Origin: Bacteroidales bacterium
GTDB lineage: Bacteria > Bacteroidota > Bacteroidia > Bacteroidales > UBA3663
Length of the DNA stretch: 64,000 nucleotides
Assembly: GCA_024694125.1 (NCBI GenBank)
Contig: JAILKE010000024.1
Span: forward strand, 5,784 to 69,783
Direction of reading: 5' to 3'
The notes beneath the pieces are model-generated. The model made no database searches. It was not told the DNA's origin and saw only the letters and a program-made list of their open reading frames with translations. The first letter of the stretch is position 1, and every line of letters starts with the position of its first letter. Of this stretch, positions 1-10,704 are shown one piece after another. The position numbers were made by a program, and so were the translations under genes.

Positions 1-1
1 T

Positions 2-1204
2 TCGTCTGAACTTGTCACCGAAGTTGTTGATGGTGTGTTCTTGTATAAGTTAGGCATCCTCTATGGTTCAAACGCCTCGGGTAAGTCGAATATGCTGATT
101 GCCATGAACGAGGTGTTCCGTCTGTTGGTCTTGCCAAAATCGGATGCTACTGTCGAAATTGGCGGTTGCATACCCTTTGTGCTCACCAAAGATGAGCCAA
201 CGGAAATGCACGTATCATTCTATGCCGATGGCATCCGATATGATTACGATGTCAAGTTCAACGGCAAGCACATCCTCAGTGAATCCTTGTACTATTACCC
301 AAACAAATCGAAGTCTTTGTTTTATGAACGTAGTTTTGTAGGTGAGAATGTACAGGCTGACATCAAGTTTGGTGCGAGTCTCAAACTGCAAGTCAAGACA
401 CAAGAAAGCATCCGCGAAAATACTCTGAACAATCACAGTGTATTGTCCGTATGTCGAAAGGCTGCATTGAAAGAAGACATTGCTCCCTTTAATGCACTTC
501 ACGCTTGGATTATGGCTAATTATCACGACGTAGATGGCGATGTAGAAAAGGGACTTGTTGAAATCTTGAAGGATGCTTACAGCAATCCTAAGAAGCGTAA
601 GTTTTATAACACGATGCTTCAGAAGGCCGACTTGAACATTCTTGAATATCGTCCTGTTGTTGAGGACCGCATTGTGCCCAACGATTTTCGCGAGCGCATC
701 CTGAAGGAGAATATTCCAGAGGAAATGAAAGAGACCCTGCTCAAACCGACCGTTGACTCCATTGGTTTCTTGAACCATTCCGACAGTGGCGATTTTGACA
801 TTCCGCTCAGATGGCAGTCAAAGGGTACTCAGAAGTATATCCGCATATTGGATGCCTTGTACGACCTGATAACGAGTCCTCACGTGTACTATCTTGATGA
901 ACTGGGCGAGGATCTGCACGACGACCTGTTGTACTACTACCTCAATGTCTTCGTCTTCAACTCCGACAAGTCACAGCTGGTTATCACGAGTCAGGAGACC
1001 ACCCTCTTGTCGCAGGATATGATTAATGAGAATCGAGGTGTGGTATGGTTCGTTGAGAAGAACCGGGAGACAGCTTCATCCGAATATGCCCGTGGCGATT
1101 CCTTCGGCTTGCACAAGAATCTGTCTCTTTACAATTCATACCGCATTGGTAGATTGGGCGCCAAACCTGAACTTGGTAGTATCTTTATAAATCTGGAGGA
1201 CTGA
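2..1204 (+). CDS. RloA-like ABC/AAA_21 ATPase (5' end lies outside the window)
   Basis: Frame is open from base 2. Walker A GSNASGKS, signature-like QSKGTQK, Walker B YYLDE. Ends 1 bp before an RloB-like gene. Confidence 0.8.
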   Translation, partial: SSELVTEVVDGVFLYKLGILYGSNASGKSNMLIAMNEVFRLLVLPKSDATVEIGGCIPFVLTKDEPTEMHVSFYADGIRYDYDVKFNGKHILSESLYYYPNKSKSLFYERSFVGENVQADIKFGASLKLQVKTQESIRENTLNNHSVLSVCRKAALKEDIAPFNALHAWIMANYHDVDGDVEKGLVEILKDAYSNPKKRKFYNTMLQKADLNILEYRPVVEDRIVPNDFRERILKENIPEEMKETLLKPTVDSIGFLNHSDSGDFDIPLRWQSKGTQKYIRILDALYDLITSPHVYYLDELGEDLHDDLLYYYLNVFVFNSDKSQLVITSQETTLLSQDMINENRGVVWFVEKNRETASSEYARGDSFGLHKNLSLYNSYRIGRLGAKPELGSIFINLED

Positions 1205-1205
1205 T

Positions 1206-1811
1206 ATGGGAAAACTACGACAAACAGCACTCATTCTGGGCGAAGGACCAACGGAGTTCTTCTACTTCAAGTCCCTATGCGATGTATTCAAGCATCTGAC
1301 CATCAAACCAGACTATCCGAAGCATACAAGCATCAAGGAACTTGACCTGAAGATTACCGAGGGTATAGACATGGGTTACAGCCATATCTTCTGCATCATC
1401 GACATGGACACGAAGGACAAGGAGCCAGAGCGTTCACAATACCAGAAGCTAAAGGCAAAGTATGCCAAGCCTATCAACAAACCCAAGAAAGGCATCTATT
1501 GCGAGGTCGAATTCTTTGAGACTCACCGCTGCACAGAACTGTTCTTCCTTTACTATTTCCGCTACACCTCACGCCCCTACGACGAGCAGGAACCATTGCT
1601 TAAAGACCTCAACCAATGTGTAGAGTATCGGAAAACGATAGAGTTCTTCATCAAGACCAAAGGACTGCATAGCTACTTTGAACGCAATGGCGGTAGCCTT
1701 GAAAAAGCTGTGGCCAATGCAAATCGCTCAATGGATGAGAAGTTGAAGGATGGTAGAGATTATACTTACTCGGAGCTGGGGAGGTTGATAGGGAGGTTAA
1801 AGAGTATATGA
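1206..1811 (+). CDS. RloB-like protein (TOPRIM-like putative nuclease)
   Basis: N-terminal LILGEGPTEFFYF, DxD (IIDMD) and ELFFLYYF motifs are typical of the RloB family. Coupled to the ATPase gene. Confidence 0.75.
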   Translation: MGKLRQTALILGEGPTEFFYFKSLCDVFKHLTIKPDYPKHTSIKELDLKITEGIDMGYSHIFCIIDMDTKDKEPERSQYQKLKAKYAKPINKPKKGIYCEVEFFETHRCTELFFLYYFRYTSRPYDEQEPLLKDLNQCVEYRKTIEFFIKTKGLHSYFERNGGSLEKAVANANRSMDEKLKDGRDYTYSELGRLIGRLKSI

Positions 1812-1877
1812 GACTCAAAAAGATAGACAAAGAATATCACTAACAATCTTTTGAAGATTTATTTTTTTTTTTATTCT

Positions 1878-3323
1878 ATGATGAACATAAGTCAAGAAAT
1901 AGAAAAAGCACAAAAGGTGCTTAAAGACGGAGGCAATATTATTAAGACTAGGGATGACCGTGACTTGATATTAGTTGACAAGGACGGAAACATACAGAAT
2001 ACAGATAATTGCGGGTGGTTACCAGAGAATGATGGGGAAATCAACAAATCTGTGTTTCGTACACGTATTGAACCTTGGTTAACTTCTCTGTTTCAGTCAG
2101 AACACCTATCATTACTTTGTGGTTCTGGAATAACCAATGCCGTTAGTTTTTTGGCTGGTTGCGGTGGCGGCACAACAATGGCTGCAAGTTCTTTTACAAC
2201 TTATAAAAACGAGATTGAAGAGTCTGCCAAGAAATCCGCAAAAGCCAGCGGACGTGAAAACGGAAATATAGAAGATCAGATTAGGACTGCAAATGATTTA
2301 TTGCGTGGTCTTAGGATTTTGAATAAAAACACGGAAGCTGATTCATTAGAAAAGGAACTAAATGCTATCATCAGTGCGTTTGCCAAGTCGATTTTGGAGT
2401 CTGAAAAGGCCATTGCTACAGCTACAGACGATAAACGCGAAAATGCTTATTCCGTATTGGTAAACTTTTTATTGAGCTTTGCAAGCAGAACGGGAAACCG
2501 CGAAAGGCTGAATATCTTTACTACAAACTATGACCGATTGATAGAGGTTGGCGCGGAGTTAGCAGGTATTCATCTTATGGATAGGTTCGTGGGAACAATG
2601 ATGCCCATATTCCGTTCATCCAGACTAAATCTTGATATTCACTATAACCCTCCAGGAATACGTGGTGAGCCTCGCTATTTAGAGGGTGTTGCCCGATTGA
2701 CCAAATTACACGGTTCTGTTGATTGGGTACAAAATGAGGACGAAATAAGACGAATTGGATTACCATTTGGAGCTAATGATATTGCGCCTTATTTGAATGC
2801 ACCAGGTTTGAAAGGGACTGATCCACTGAAGTTGATGATATATCCCAATTCTGCCAAAGATAGAGAGACTGCAGAATACCCATATGTGGAACTATTCAGA
2901 GACTTTGCTGCTGCTATATGCAGACCTAATAGTACTTTGGTAACATACGGCTATGGTTTTGGGGACGAACATATCAACCGTGTTATTCATGATATGCTTA
3001 CGATTCCTTCTACACATCTGGTCGTTATTTCTTTCAATGACCCGATTGGAAGGATCCTGCAATTCTATTATGAATCCGCTCACTATGCACAGATGTCTGT
3101 GCTGATAGGTAGTGACTTGGGAAATCTTACCAATCTGGCTAACGATTATTTGCCTAAATCAGCTATTGACAGAACCACTATCCGTATGGCAGAACTTCTG
3201 CAACATCGTATGGGAGCAGCTTCAACTGCTTCTTCTACAAGTACAACTTCTACATCTTTGACAGGTTCTGCTTCGTCTACTACCACAACAACGTCAACTT
3301 CACAATCAACATTGGCAAAATGA
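1878..3323 (+). CDS. SIR2-like (SIR2_2) NADase effector
   Basis: Motifs LLCGSG, FTTNYD, KLHGS and GYGFGDEHIN. ATG at 1878 preferred over TTG at 1851. Stop overlaps the HerA start (ATGA). Confidence 0.85.
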   Translation: MMNISQEIEKAQKVLKDGGNIIKTRDDRDLILVDKDGNIQNTDNCGWLPENDGEINKSVFRTRIEPWLTSLFQSEHLSLLCGSGITNAVSFLAGCGGGTTMAASSFTTYKNEIEESAKKSAKASGRENGNIEDQIRTANDLLRGLRILNKNTEADSLEKELNAIISAFAKSILESEKAIATATDDKRENAYSVLVNFLLSFASRTGNRERLNIFTTNYDRLIEVGAELAGIHLMDRFVGTMMPIFRSSRLNLDIHYNPPGIRGEPRYLEGVARLTKLHGSVDWVQNEDEIRRIGLPFGANDIAPYLNAPGLKGTDPLKLMIYPNSAKDRETAEYPYVELFRDFAAAICRPNSTLVTYGYGFGDEHINRVIHDMLTIPSTHLVVISFNDPIGRILQFYYESAHYAQMSVLIGSDLGNLTNLANDYLPKSAIDRTTIRMAELLQHRMGAASTASSTSTTSTSLTGSASSTTTTTSTSQSTLAK

Positions 3324-5362
3324 CAACAACACCTATTGAACAACTGGCCTCACTTCGAGTTGGAACGGTAGAGTTTATTTCACCTGATAGGATAGAGGTA
3401 CAGCTTGATATTGAATCACCGGATAGCGTGGCGCTAAATACGGGAACACCAAGAAACTTTCCTCGAATCAATGGGTATGTAATGATTCCTGTTGATTTGG
3501 GATTTGTAGTTGGACAGGTGTCGTGGATTACAATTCAACGTTCACCATATCCAAAACGCAGTGGGTTTCAGGATTTCGGTTTGATAGACTTACCTTTTCC
3601 ATTGAGGAAAATGGAACTACAACCTGTTGGAACTTTGATTGCCTCAGAAAAAGGCTATAAGTTTAAGCGTGGACTTGAAACTTTTCCATCAGTTGGTGAT
3701 ATTGTCATCCTTCCAACAGAAGAACAATTGAAGTCTATTATCGAGTCTGGTGACAACCGTAGGGTACATATTGGAAATAGCCCGCTTGTTGGAAATGCGA
3801 AGGTGATGATAGACCCTGACAGATTGTTTGGTCGTCATCTGGCCGTTCTTGGTAATACAGGTAGCGGCAAGTCTTGTTCCGTGGCAGGACTTATTAGGTG
3901 GTCGCTTGAAAGTGCAAGCAATAATAAATTCAAGAAAGACTTACCTGTAAACAGTAGATTCATTGTTCTTGACCCTAATGGTGAATACAGTAAAGCGTTT
4001 ACTGATAAGAAGGACGCAAATATTTATTCTGTGAATATAGAGGATGGAGATGGTAGAAAACAGTTGGAAGTTCCTTTATGGTTTTGGAATACGGATGAAT
4101 GGTGTGGCTTTACAAAGGCATCACCCAAGACTCACCGAACGACCATCGTACATGCGCTAAAGTCTGTGAGGAGTGGTAACGTGTTTGAGGTAGAGAGTAA
4201 GGAAAAAGAATTGGCGAGCTTTGTTCGGACAGTAATCAATACGATAGAAGTTTATAAAACGAAAGGAACGCCATGGGGCAATTTCCCTGGGCCAAAGAAT
4301 TTCAGAGAATCACTCCAGAAATGGAATGCCGGAGTAGTATCAGAAGATACGTTTTCGCAAGAACTTAAGGATGCGGTAGCGGCTTTTAATACTAAAGTTG
4401 CTGAGTTTGAAACTCAAAGGGCTCCTCTATATTCTAATCAGGATTATGTGAGATGGAATGTGGATGTTTTGCTCACCTTATTAAAAGATGTTTATTTGAA
4501 AGCAGGAGGTAGGGAGGAGGAGTTCCTGCCTACAGATGAAGATAGTCCCATTCCATTCTCTGGAGAAAATTTTGTGCGCTCCATTGAAGCCAATGCTGAG
4601 ATTCTCAATACTACGGACTATATAGTAACGTTGATGCCTCGCATCAAGACGTTGTTATCGGATGTGAGAGTGAAAAAAGTGATAGATGATTCATCATTGG
4701 AGTTAAGTGATTGGCTAAGTGAATACATCGGTTCGGATTGTAAAGAATCGTTGACGATTATAGACCTGTCTCTCTTGCCTTCTGACGTAACAAGTATAAT
4801 TACTTCGGTCATTGCCAGAATGGTGTTTGAGGCACAACAGAGATATCTGAAACTGAATAAAGCATGTCTGCCAACCGTTTTGGTAATGGAGGAAGCACAT
4901 TATTTCGTGAAACGTTATAATGATGATGCAGAGAACACGGGACCAACGATCCAATGCTGCAAGGTGTTTGAGAAGATAGCCCGTGAAGGACGAAAATTTG
5001 GATTAGGCCTTGTTTTGTCATCGCAAAGACCCTCTGAATTATCACCCACAGTTTTGTCACAATGTAATTCCTTCTTGTTGCATAGAATATCCAATGACCG
5101 AGACCAAGAATTGGTTCAACGCTTGCTGCCCGACAATATGCGTGGGATACTGCGAGAGATTCCATCGTTGCCCTCTCAATATGCGGTATTGCTCGGTTGG
5201 GCATCAGAACTACCTGTTATGGTAAAAATGAGAACTCTCCCAGAAGCTCAACGTCCTCAGTCAGATGATCCCGACTATTGGAATGTATGGACTGGTGCAA
5301 AGGAACGTAAGATAGATTGGAAGAGTATTGCTAATGAGTGGCAAAACAAAAGAACAGAGTAA
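3320..5362 (+). CDS. herA: HerA/FtsK-family ATPase (DUF87), partner of SIR2 in a Sir2-HerA anti-phage system
   Basis: N-terminal HAS-barrel-like region, RHLAVLGNTGSGKS, LDPNGEY, Walker B VMEEAH, REGRKFG and SQRPSEL. Confidence 0.88.
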   Translation: MTTTPIEQLASLRVGTVEFISPDRIEVQLDIESPDSVALNTGTPRNFPRINGYVMIPVDLGFVVGQVSWITIQRSPYPKRSGFQDFGLIDLPFPLRKMELQPVGTLIASEKGYKFKRGLETFPSVGDIVILPTEEQLKSIIESGDNRRVHIGNSPLVGNAKVMIDPDRLFGRHLAVLGNTGSGKSCSVAGLIRWSLESASNNKFKKDLPVNSRFIVLDPNGEYSKAFTDKKDANIYSVNIEDGDGRKQLEVPLWFWNTDEWCGFTKASPKTHRTTIVHALKSVRSGNVFEVESKEKELASFVRTVINTIEVYKTKGTPWGNFPGPKNFRESLQKWNAGVVSEDTFSQELKDAVAAFNTKVAEFETQRAPLYSNQDYVRWNVDVLLTLLKDVYLKAGGREEEFLPTDEDSPIPFSGENFVRSIEANAEILNTTDYIVTLMPRIKTLLSDVRVKKVIDDSSLELSDWLSEYIGSDCKESLTIIDLSLLPSDVTSIITSVIARMVFEAQQRYLKLNKACLPTVLVMEEAHYFVKRYNDDAENTGPTIQCCKVFEKIAREGRKFGLGLVLSSQRPSELSPTVLSQCNSFLLHRISNDRDQELVQRLLPDNMRGILREIPSLPSQYAVLLGWASELPVMVKMRTLPEAQRPQSDDPDYWNVWTGAKERKIDWKSIANEWQNKRTE

Positions 5363-5377
5363 TAAGTTTTTTTAATC

Positions 5378-5424
5378 AATCTCAGGCGGGAACTTGCAAA
5401 ATAACGCAGTTTCCGCCCGAGATT
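5378..5424. terminator. Stem-loop between convergent herA and the Res remnant
   Basis: AATCTCAGGCGGGAAC...GTTTCCGCCCGAGATT imperfect inverted repeat. Confidence 0.55.
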
Positions 5425-5446
5425 ATCAGTCCGAAAGTTAAGCAAA

Positions 5447-5857
5447 TTACTTCGTCACAATATCATACAGTGACTTGTAGTCCTTGGCAACGTCGTAGAT
5501 GTAGCCGTTGTCGCTGATGGCCTTGAAGTGACGACGGGCGCATTCAATCTTGCTCTCCTCAGAGCCACGGAGTTGGGAGCCTTGAAGGTCATTGCCTTTT
5601 GTTTCTGCGACGAAATAGACGTGCTTGACACTGCCCTCCCGGAATGCTACAGCCCAGTCTGGATTGTACTTGCCCATTGGCGTATTTATATAGAAGCCAT
5701 TCGGTAACTTTGTATAGACAACTACGTTATCTTCGTGCTCCAGGGATTCTGCAAAGTTCTTCTCTGTACCCATGCTATCGAGCACTACGAGGTCATAGAG
5801 AGATTTGGTTGACTCAATAGCGTTGGTGCCAAGTTTGCCTTTACCCCAAGTTCGCAC
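5447..5857 (-). pseudogene. C-terminal endonuclease fragment of a type III restriction enzyme Res subunit
   Basis: KLPNGFYINTPMGKYNPDWAVAF...YFVAETKG is the PD-(D/E)xK C-terminus of Res. The helicase part and a mod gene are absent. Confidence 0.8.
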
Positions 5858-6224
5858 TAATTGAGACGGTTCATTAGCTGTGTCAGCGAGTTATGCATTT
5901 AGCATTGTGCTACTGTGTACTACAAAGTCGATGTCTCCTGAATGGCATTGGTTTATATTATAATCGGAGGTAGATGTCTGCTGTTGCATTTGTAGGCTCA
6001 CTGCATTGTCCGAGGAAAAAATGGGCATCCGAGCGGTGTTGTAATGATGGTATATTGGGCGTAGGTTGAGGTCTGTTGTCTGTGGTTTGTTCGTACGATC
6101 TATCTCACGTATTAGGTTGCAGTAGGACGTAAGTGTATCCGCAAAAATATCTTATCAATGCAATGCGAATGTCGAGACCATATTCCACGTGTAGCATATA
6201 ATTCAGTAGAATAACCTACGCTAT

Positions 6225-6367
6225 ACGCGGCATATTTGCATAGCAAATATACCTTCTGTCGCACCTTCGGCGCTCGATACAAATGCCTCGCTGCTCCGGT
6301 TGAAAGCGGGGGCTCATGCCCCCGCCTGTATTCCCGCGGACCTACAGCCCGCTGCCCAACGGTAAAC
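6225..6367 (-). repeat. Multi-hairpin REP-like element, copy 1
   Basis: About 140 bp, highly similar to 10811-10953 and 31897-32040, with four stem-loops. Confidence 0.85.
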
Positions 6368-6411
6368 AGTGGAATAATTCAATGTCATTCGTGACCATTT
6401 ATGGTAAAAAT

Positions 6412-6445
6412 ATGCCCCACACCCTGACAACAGGGAGCGGGGCAT
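6412..6445 (-). terminator. Probable terminator of the BspA gene
   Basis: ATGCCCCAC...GCGGGGCAT hairpin followed by a T-run on the minus strand, about 40 bp after the stop codon. Confidence 0.55.
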
Positions 6446-6484
6446 TGATTACGTGTTCCGTATGATATTGTACGAAAAGAGAAC

Positions 6485-9400
6485 TTACTTGACCAATACT
6501 ATTTTGCCGCCACGGACATAGAGGCCATTGCGACGTGGAGTCTGGGCCTTGGTGCCTTCCAGGGTGTAGGTGTTGACTTGGACGGCATCTGCCTCCACTT
6601 CCGTCAGACCATTGACCAAGGTGAAGGTGCCTGTGATGGTCAGGTCACTGGCTGGCATGGTGGCAGGAATCTCGCTCCACCCCGAGAAGGTGTAGCCCTC
6701 CTTGATTGGGTCATCCAGAGGAATGATGACTTTGCCCTCCTTGATAGAGAGAGTCTGATATACCACACCGTCCACAACGTAAGTCAGGGTGTAGTATTGA
6801 GGAGCATCGGCATTCTCGTTGATGAAGAAGAAATCCTTCCACTGGTCCGCTGCCTTGTATGCCTCGATGTTCTCCTTCGGGACATAGAGCGAGCAGTTCC
6901 ACTTGTTGATATCCTCCAGGGCCTGACTGCCGCAGGAAGGTGGAACTTCAGCTGTGCTGTAAATCTCGGTCAGTGCCGTGCAGTCGGAGAATGCCTCCTT
7001 GCCAATGCTCTGCATACCGTCTCCGAAACCGAAGTATCCGAGGCTGGAGCAGCCGGAGAAAGCATAGTTGCCTATCTTGCTGACTCCATCACCAATCTTG
7101 ACATTCTTCAGTCCAGTGCAGCCATAGAACTCATTGTCATATATCTCGGTCTCCTGGTCGGTGATGACGATGGTGCGGAGCGAGGTGTTGCGATAGAATG
7201 GCGAGTATCCATAGTCTGCGCTTGTCTGGTAGCTGATCTTGCCACCGATATAGACTGAATCCAATGTACAATCGGCAAACAGGGATGCACTGCCGTTGCT
7301 GCCCAGGGACAACACAGTCTTGCGGTCTGCTATCATTACATCGCCCAATAGTGTGCACTTCTGGAACGCATAGTTGCCGATAGAAGTTACTGATTGAGGG
7401 ATCTCTATTTCGGGCAAAACAGAACATCCACTGAAGGCATAACTGCCTACAGTCTGTAAGTTGTCATTGAGGAAAACCGAGGCCAATTTAGAGCACCCAG
7501 AGAAAGCGTAACTGCCTACCGATTTAATGCTTTTGCCCAGTTGGACAGAGAGCAATGCCGAGCATCCGTAGAAAGCATAGTCTCCAATAGAACTGATGCT
7601 GTCGCCCAGGTTACAAGCAGATAACGTACTGCAATTATAAAAAGCTTGGTTTCCTATGCTGCCATTATTGCGGATATTTGCCTCTTTTAGCTTGGTACAT
7701 CCGTAGAAAGCGGAATCGCCAATTGCACCATTGTTACTGATGTCGGCAGTTTTGAGATTGGTACATTCATAAAAAGCAGAACTGCCAATTGCACCATTGT
7801 TACTGATGTTGGTAGTTTTGAGATTGGTACATCCGTAGAAAGCACTTCCTTCAATAATGCCATCTGCCTCGGTGCTAAATCCTTTAAGGTTATTGTTCTT
7901 GTATGACAGGTATTGATTAATGGATTTTACGTTCATGGCTATACCCTTGAACGACACTGTCTTGCCAATCGAGATGATTGAGTCCTGTGGTAAGTAGGTC
8001 ACGTCAATGGCATCGCAGGTGCGTTCCGAAGGATTGACCGGCACATATCTTACTCCATTTACTTCGAACATGGAACTCAGGAAAGGATATACCTTCACAT
8101 TGCTCAGACTTGTATAGTTGGAGTTGGCAACGTAATTCACCATACCTGCTGCATTTCCGTAGTTAGTCGGAGGCGTATTGGTCAACCAAAATACTTTAGT
8201 AGGTTTGGAGCTAAATGCGTTGCTGCCGATTTCAGTTACTCCACTACCTATAGTTACAGACTGCAAAGCGGTGCAATCATTGAATGCGTAACCACCAATG
8301 ATTGTCACGCTGTTTGGGATGGTGATGCTCGTCAGGCCAGTGCAGCCATTGAAAGCAGAACCACCAATGCTTGTCACGCTGCTTCCGATGGAGATGCTCG
8401 TCAGGCCAGTGCAACCATAGAAAGCATAATAATCAATGTTTGTCACGCTGTTCGGAATGGTGATGCTTTTTATATCGTTGCGATAATAGAAGGCATATTC
8501 TGCAATTCCATCTACATTCGGCAAGGTCAAGGTTGTTGCAGTACCTAAATAGTCACAAATATACCGCTTGTCGTCCTTTGTCTGCAAAACATAATCTCCA
8601 TCTGTTGTATAGTTATTATAAACGGCAACAGCATAATAGGCCACATAACCATAGTTGGACGAGCCTTTAGTAATGGATAATGAAGAAAGATTAAAAACTT
8701 TTTTGAGATTAGAGCAGCCTTCGAAAGCAGAACTACCAATGCTTGTCACGCTGTTCGGGATGGTGATGCTCGTCAGACCAGTGCAGCCTTCGAAAGCATG
8801 ACTGCCAATGCCTGTCACGCTGTTCGGAATGGTGATGCTCGTCAGGCCAGTGCAGCCAGAGAAAGCCTCCCTACCAATATTTGTCACGCTGTTTGGGATG
8901 GTGATACTCGTCAGGCCAGTGCAACCTTCGAAAGCCCAACTACCAATGCTTGTCACGCTATTCGGGATGATGATGCTCGTCAGGTCTGTGCAGCCACCGA
9001 AAGCATCCTCACCAATGCTTGTCACGCTGTTCGGGATGGTGATGCTCGTCAGGCCAGTGCAGCCATTGAAAGCTAAATCACCAATGCTTGTCACGCTGTT
9101 TGGAATGGTGATGCTCGTCAGGCCTTTGCAGCCTCGGAAAGCTGCATAACCAATGCTTGTCACGCTATTCGGAATGGTGATGCTCTTCAGGCCAGAGCAG
9201 CCATCAAAAGCTGAACTGCCCATACAACAACAATTAGCATTTATTTCACAACTTGATATGGCCTTGGATTTAGCCTTTATCAAAGCTACGTATGGATTCT
9301 CTGTATTGCCTAAATAAAGAGAATTGTCATATTCGTTGTATTGTAGATTCGTGCAGCCTTTGAAAGCCTCCCAGCCAATGCCTGTCACGCTGTTCGGAAT

Positions 9401-10018
9401 GGTTATGCTCGTCAGGCCAGTGCAGCCACGGAAAGTATAATTACCAATGCTTATCACGCTGTTCGGGATGGTGATGCTCGTCAGGCCTTTGCAGCCATCA
9501 AAAGCCCCATGACCAATGCTTGTCACGCTGTTCGGGATGGTGATGCTCGTCAGGCCAGTGCAGCCATTGAAAGCAACACTGCCAATGCTTGTCACACTGT
9601 TCGGAATGGTGATGCTCGTCAGACCTTTGCAACCATAGAAAGCATAATTACCAATGCTTGTCACGCTGTTCGGGATGGTGATGCTCGTCAGTCCCGTGCA
9701 GTCCCAGAAAGCAGAACTAATGCTTGTCACGCTGTTCGGAATGGTGATGCTCGTCAGGCCAGTGCAGCCATAGAAAGCAGAACTGCCAATGCTTGTCACG
9801 CTATAGGTCTTGCCCGAATAAGTGACAGTAGAAGGAATGGTTACAGACCCAGTTATGTATGAAGAATTATAACTTTTATAAGTCACTTCCACTGTCAAGT
9901 CCGTGCTTGACGAGATGCTATAATACAATCCGCCACTATAGAAATCGTAGGCGGAGGCAGATTGGCAGAGGAGCATCAATATGCCCGTCAGCCAGAGGGT
10001 GAGTAAAGATTGTTTCAT
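6485..10018 (-). CDS. BspA-type (LRR_5) leucine-rich-repeat surface protein with InlB-B-like repeat and T9SS-like C-terminal tail
   Basis: Signal peptide, many [23 protein letters not shown] repeats, [18 protein letters not shown], and C-terminal YTLEG...[13 protein letters not shown]. Confidence 0.92.
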   Translation of the reverse strand: MKQSLLTLWLTGILMLLCQSASAYDFYSGGLYYSISSSTDLTVEVTYKSYNSSYITGSVTIPSTVTYSGKTYSVTSIGSSAFYGCTGLTSITIPNSVTSISSAFWDCTGLTSITIPNSVTSIGNYAFYGCKGLTSITIPNSVTSIGSVAFNGCTGLTSITIPNSVTSIGHGAFDGCKGLTSITIPNSVISIGNYTFRGCTGLTSITIPNSVTGIGWEAFKGCTNLQYNEYDNSLYLGNTENPYVALIKAKSKAISSCEINANCCCMGSSAFDGCSGLKSITIPNSVTSIGYAAFRGCKGLTSITIPNSVTSIGDLAFNGCTGLTSITIPNSVTSIGEDAFGGCTDLTSIIIPNSVTSIGSWAFEGCTGLTSITIPNSVTNIGREAFSGCTGLTSITIPNSVTGIGSHAFEGCTGLTSITIPNSVTSIGSSAFEGCSNLKKVFNLSSLSITKGSSNYGYVAYYAVAVYNNYTTDGDYVLQTKDDKRYICDYLGTATTLTLPNVDGIAEYAFYYRNDIKSITIPNSVTNIDYYAFYGCTGLTSISIGSSVTSIGGSAFNGCTGLTSITIPNSVTIIGGYAFNDCTALQSVTIGSGVTEIGSNAFSSKPTKVFWLTNTPPTNYGNAAGMVNYVANSNYTSLSNVKVYPFLSSMFEVNGVRYVPVNPSERTCDAIDVTYLPQDSIISIGKTVSFKGIAMNVKSINQYLSYKNNNLKGFSTEADGIIEGSAFYGCTNLKTTNISNNGAIGSSAFYECTNLKTADISNNGAIGDSAFYGCTKLKEANIRNNGSIGNQAFYNCSTLSACNLGDSISSIGDYAFYGCSALLSVQLGKSIKSVGSYAFSGCSKLASVFLNDNLQTVGSYAFSGCSVLPEIEIPQSVTSIGNYAFQKCTLLGDVMIADRKTVLSLGSNGSASLFADCTLDSVYIGGKISYQTSADYGYSPFYRNTSLRTIVITDQETEIYDNEFYGCTGLKNVKIGDGVSKIGNYAFSGCSSLGYFGFGDGMQSIGKEAFSDCTALTEIYSTAEVPPSCGSQALEDINKWNCSLYVPKENIEAYKAADQWKDFFFINENADAPQYYTLTYVVDGVVYQTLSIKEGKVIIPLDDPIKEGYTFSGWSEIPATMPASDLTITGTFTLVNGLTEVEADAVQVNTYTLEGTKAQTPRRNGLYVRGGKIVLVK

Positions 10019-10160
10019 TTTAGTAAATTTTAATGGATATTGTTGTTTTAACTATAGATTATTGGTAATGACTACGTCGTAGTCAGAAAAATATTTATTG
10101 TGTGCGAGTAGTAAGATGATTAGTGTGCCTCCTGACTCCAAATTTGGCATCGATTTAAAC

Positions 10161-10403
10161 AAAAAAAGACGGGAGCTTCCACTTGGTTGCTTACCCGCTA
10201 TTGAGGCTCTCGCATCGCCCTTCTATAGATAAGCAACGATGAAAGCCCACGCCTATGAAGTATGTTTACACAAAAGCTGTGCTGATAGGATAGCACAGTG
10301 ATTGCATATACATAAATCACGCGCGGACGCTCTAATCGTTACATTATCATCATAGAAGAAATTTGCGAGATCTCAATAGCGATGATAACGACGTTGTAGC
10401 GTC
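10161..10403 (-). promoter_or_regulatory. Structured 5' leader of the BspA gene (attenuator-like, ends in hairpin + U7)
   Basis: Two hairpins with mutually complementary loops. Promoter -7 TATCTTTG on the minus strand at about 10461-10468. Confidence 0.6.
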
Positions 10404-10704
10404 TTTTGTATGAACAATAAAATCAATGAGAGAATCCACCACTGTGGCTCATTGATGTGGCAAAGATAAGAAAAATAATTGTTACCTTGAAATAAATTGC
10501 ACAAAAAAAATGCAATTGATGTGCAAAAAACGGGTTAATAGTTTATTTCTCGCAGAGTTTAAGGAGTGTAAGAGAGTTTATTCGTTTGGGTTATCGTTCC
10601 CGTTATCAATTCGTTTAATTTTTTTTGAACGCAAAATTTGCGAAAACGACGAAGAAGGTTTGTATGAATTTGTTTAATTGGATGATACCTCTTATTACGA
10701 AGTT

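Noticed and set aside
1851-1877. Phase-variable poly-T within the SIR2 gene
   Set aside because: The T11 tract is coding only if the TTG at 1851 is the start; ATG at 1878 or 1881 is more plausible.
5850-5880. IS terminal repeat at the Res truncation point
   Set aside because: The junction is abrupt, but no partner repeat or transposase was found nearby.
8280-9800. Diversity-generating retroelement acting on BspA
   Set aside because: No reverse transcriptase or template repeat in the window, and variation is not evidently adenine-specific.
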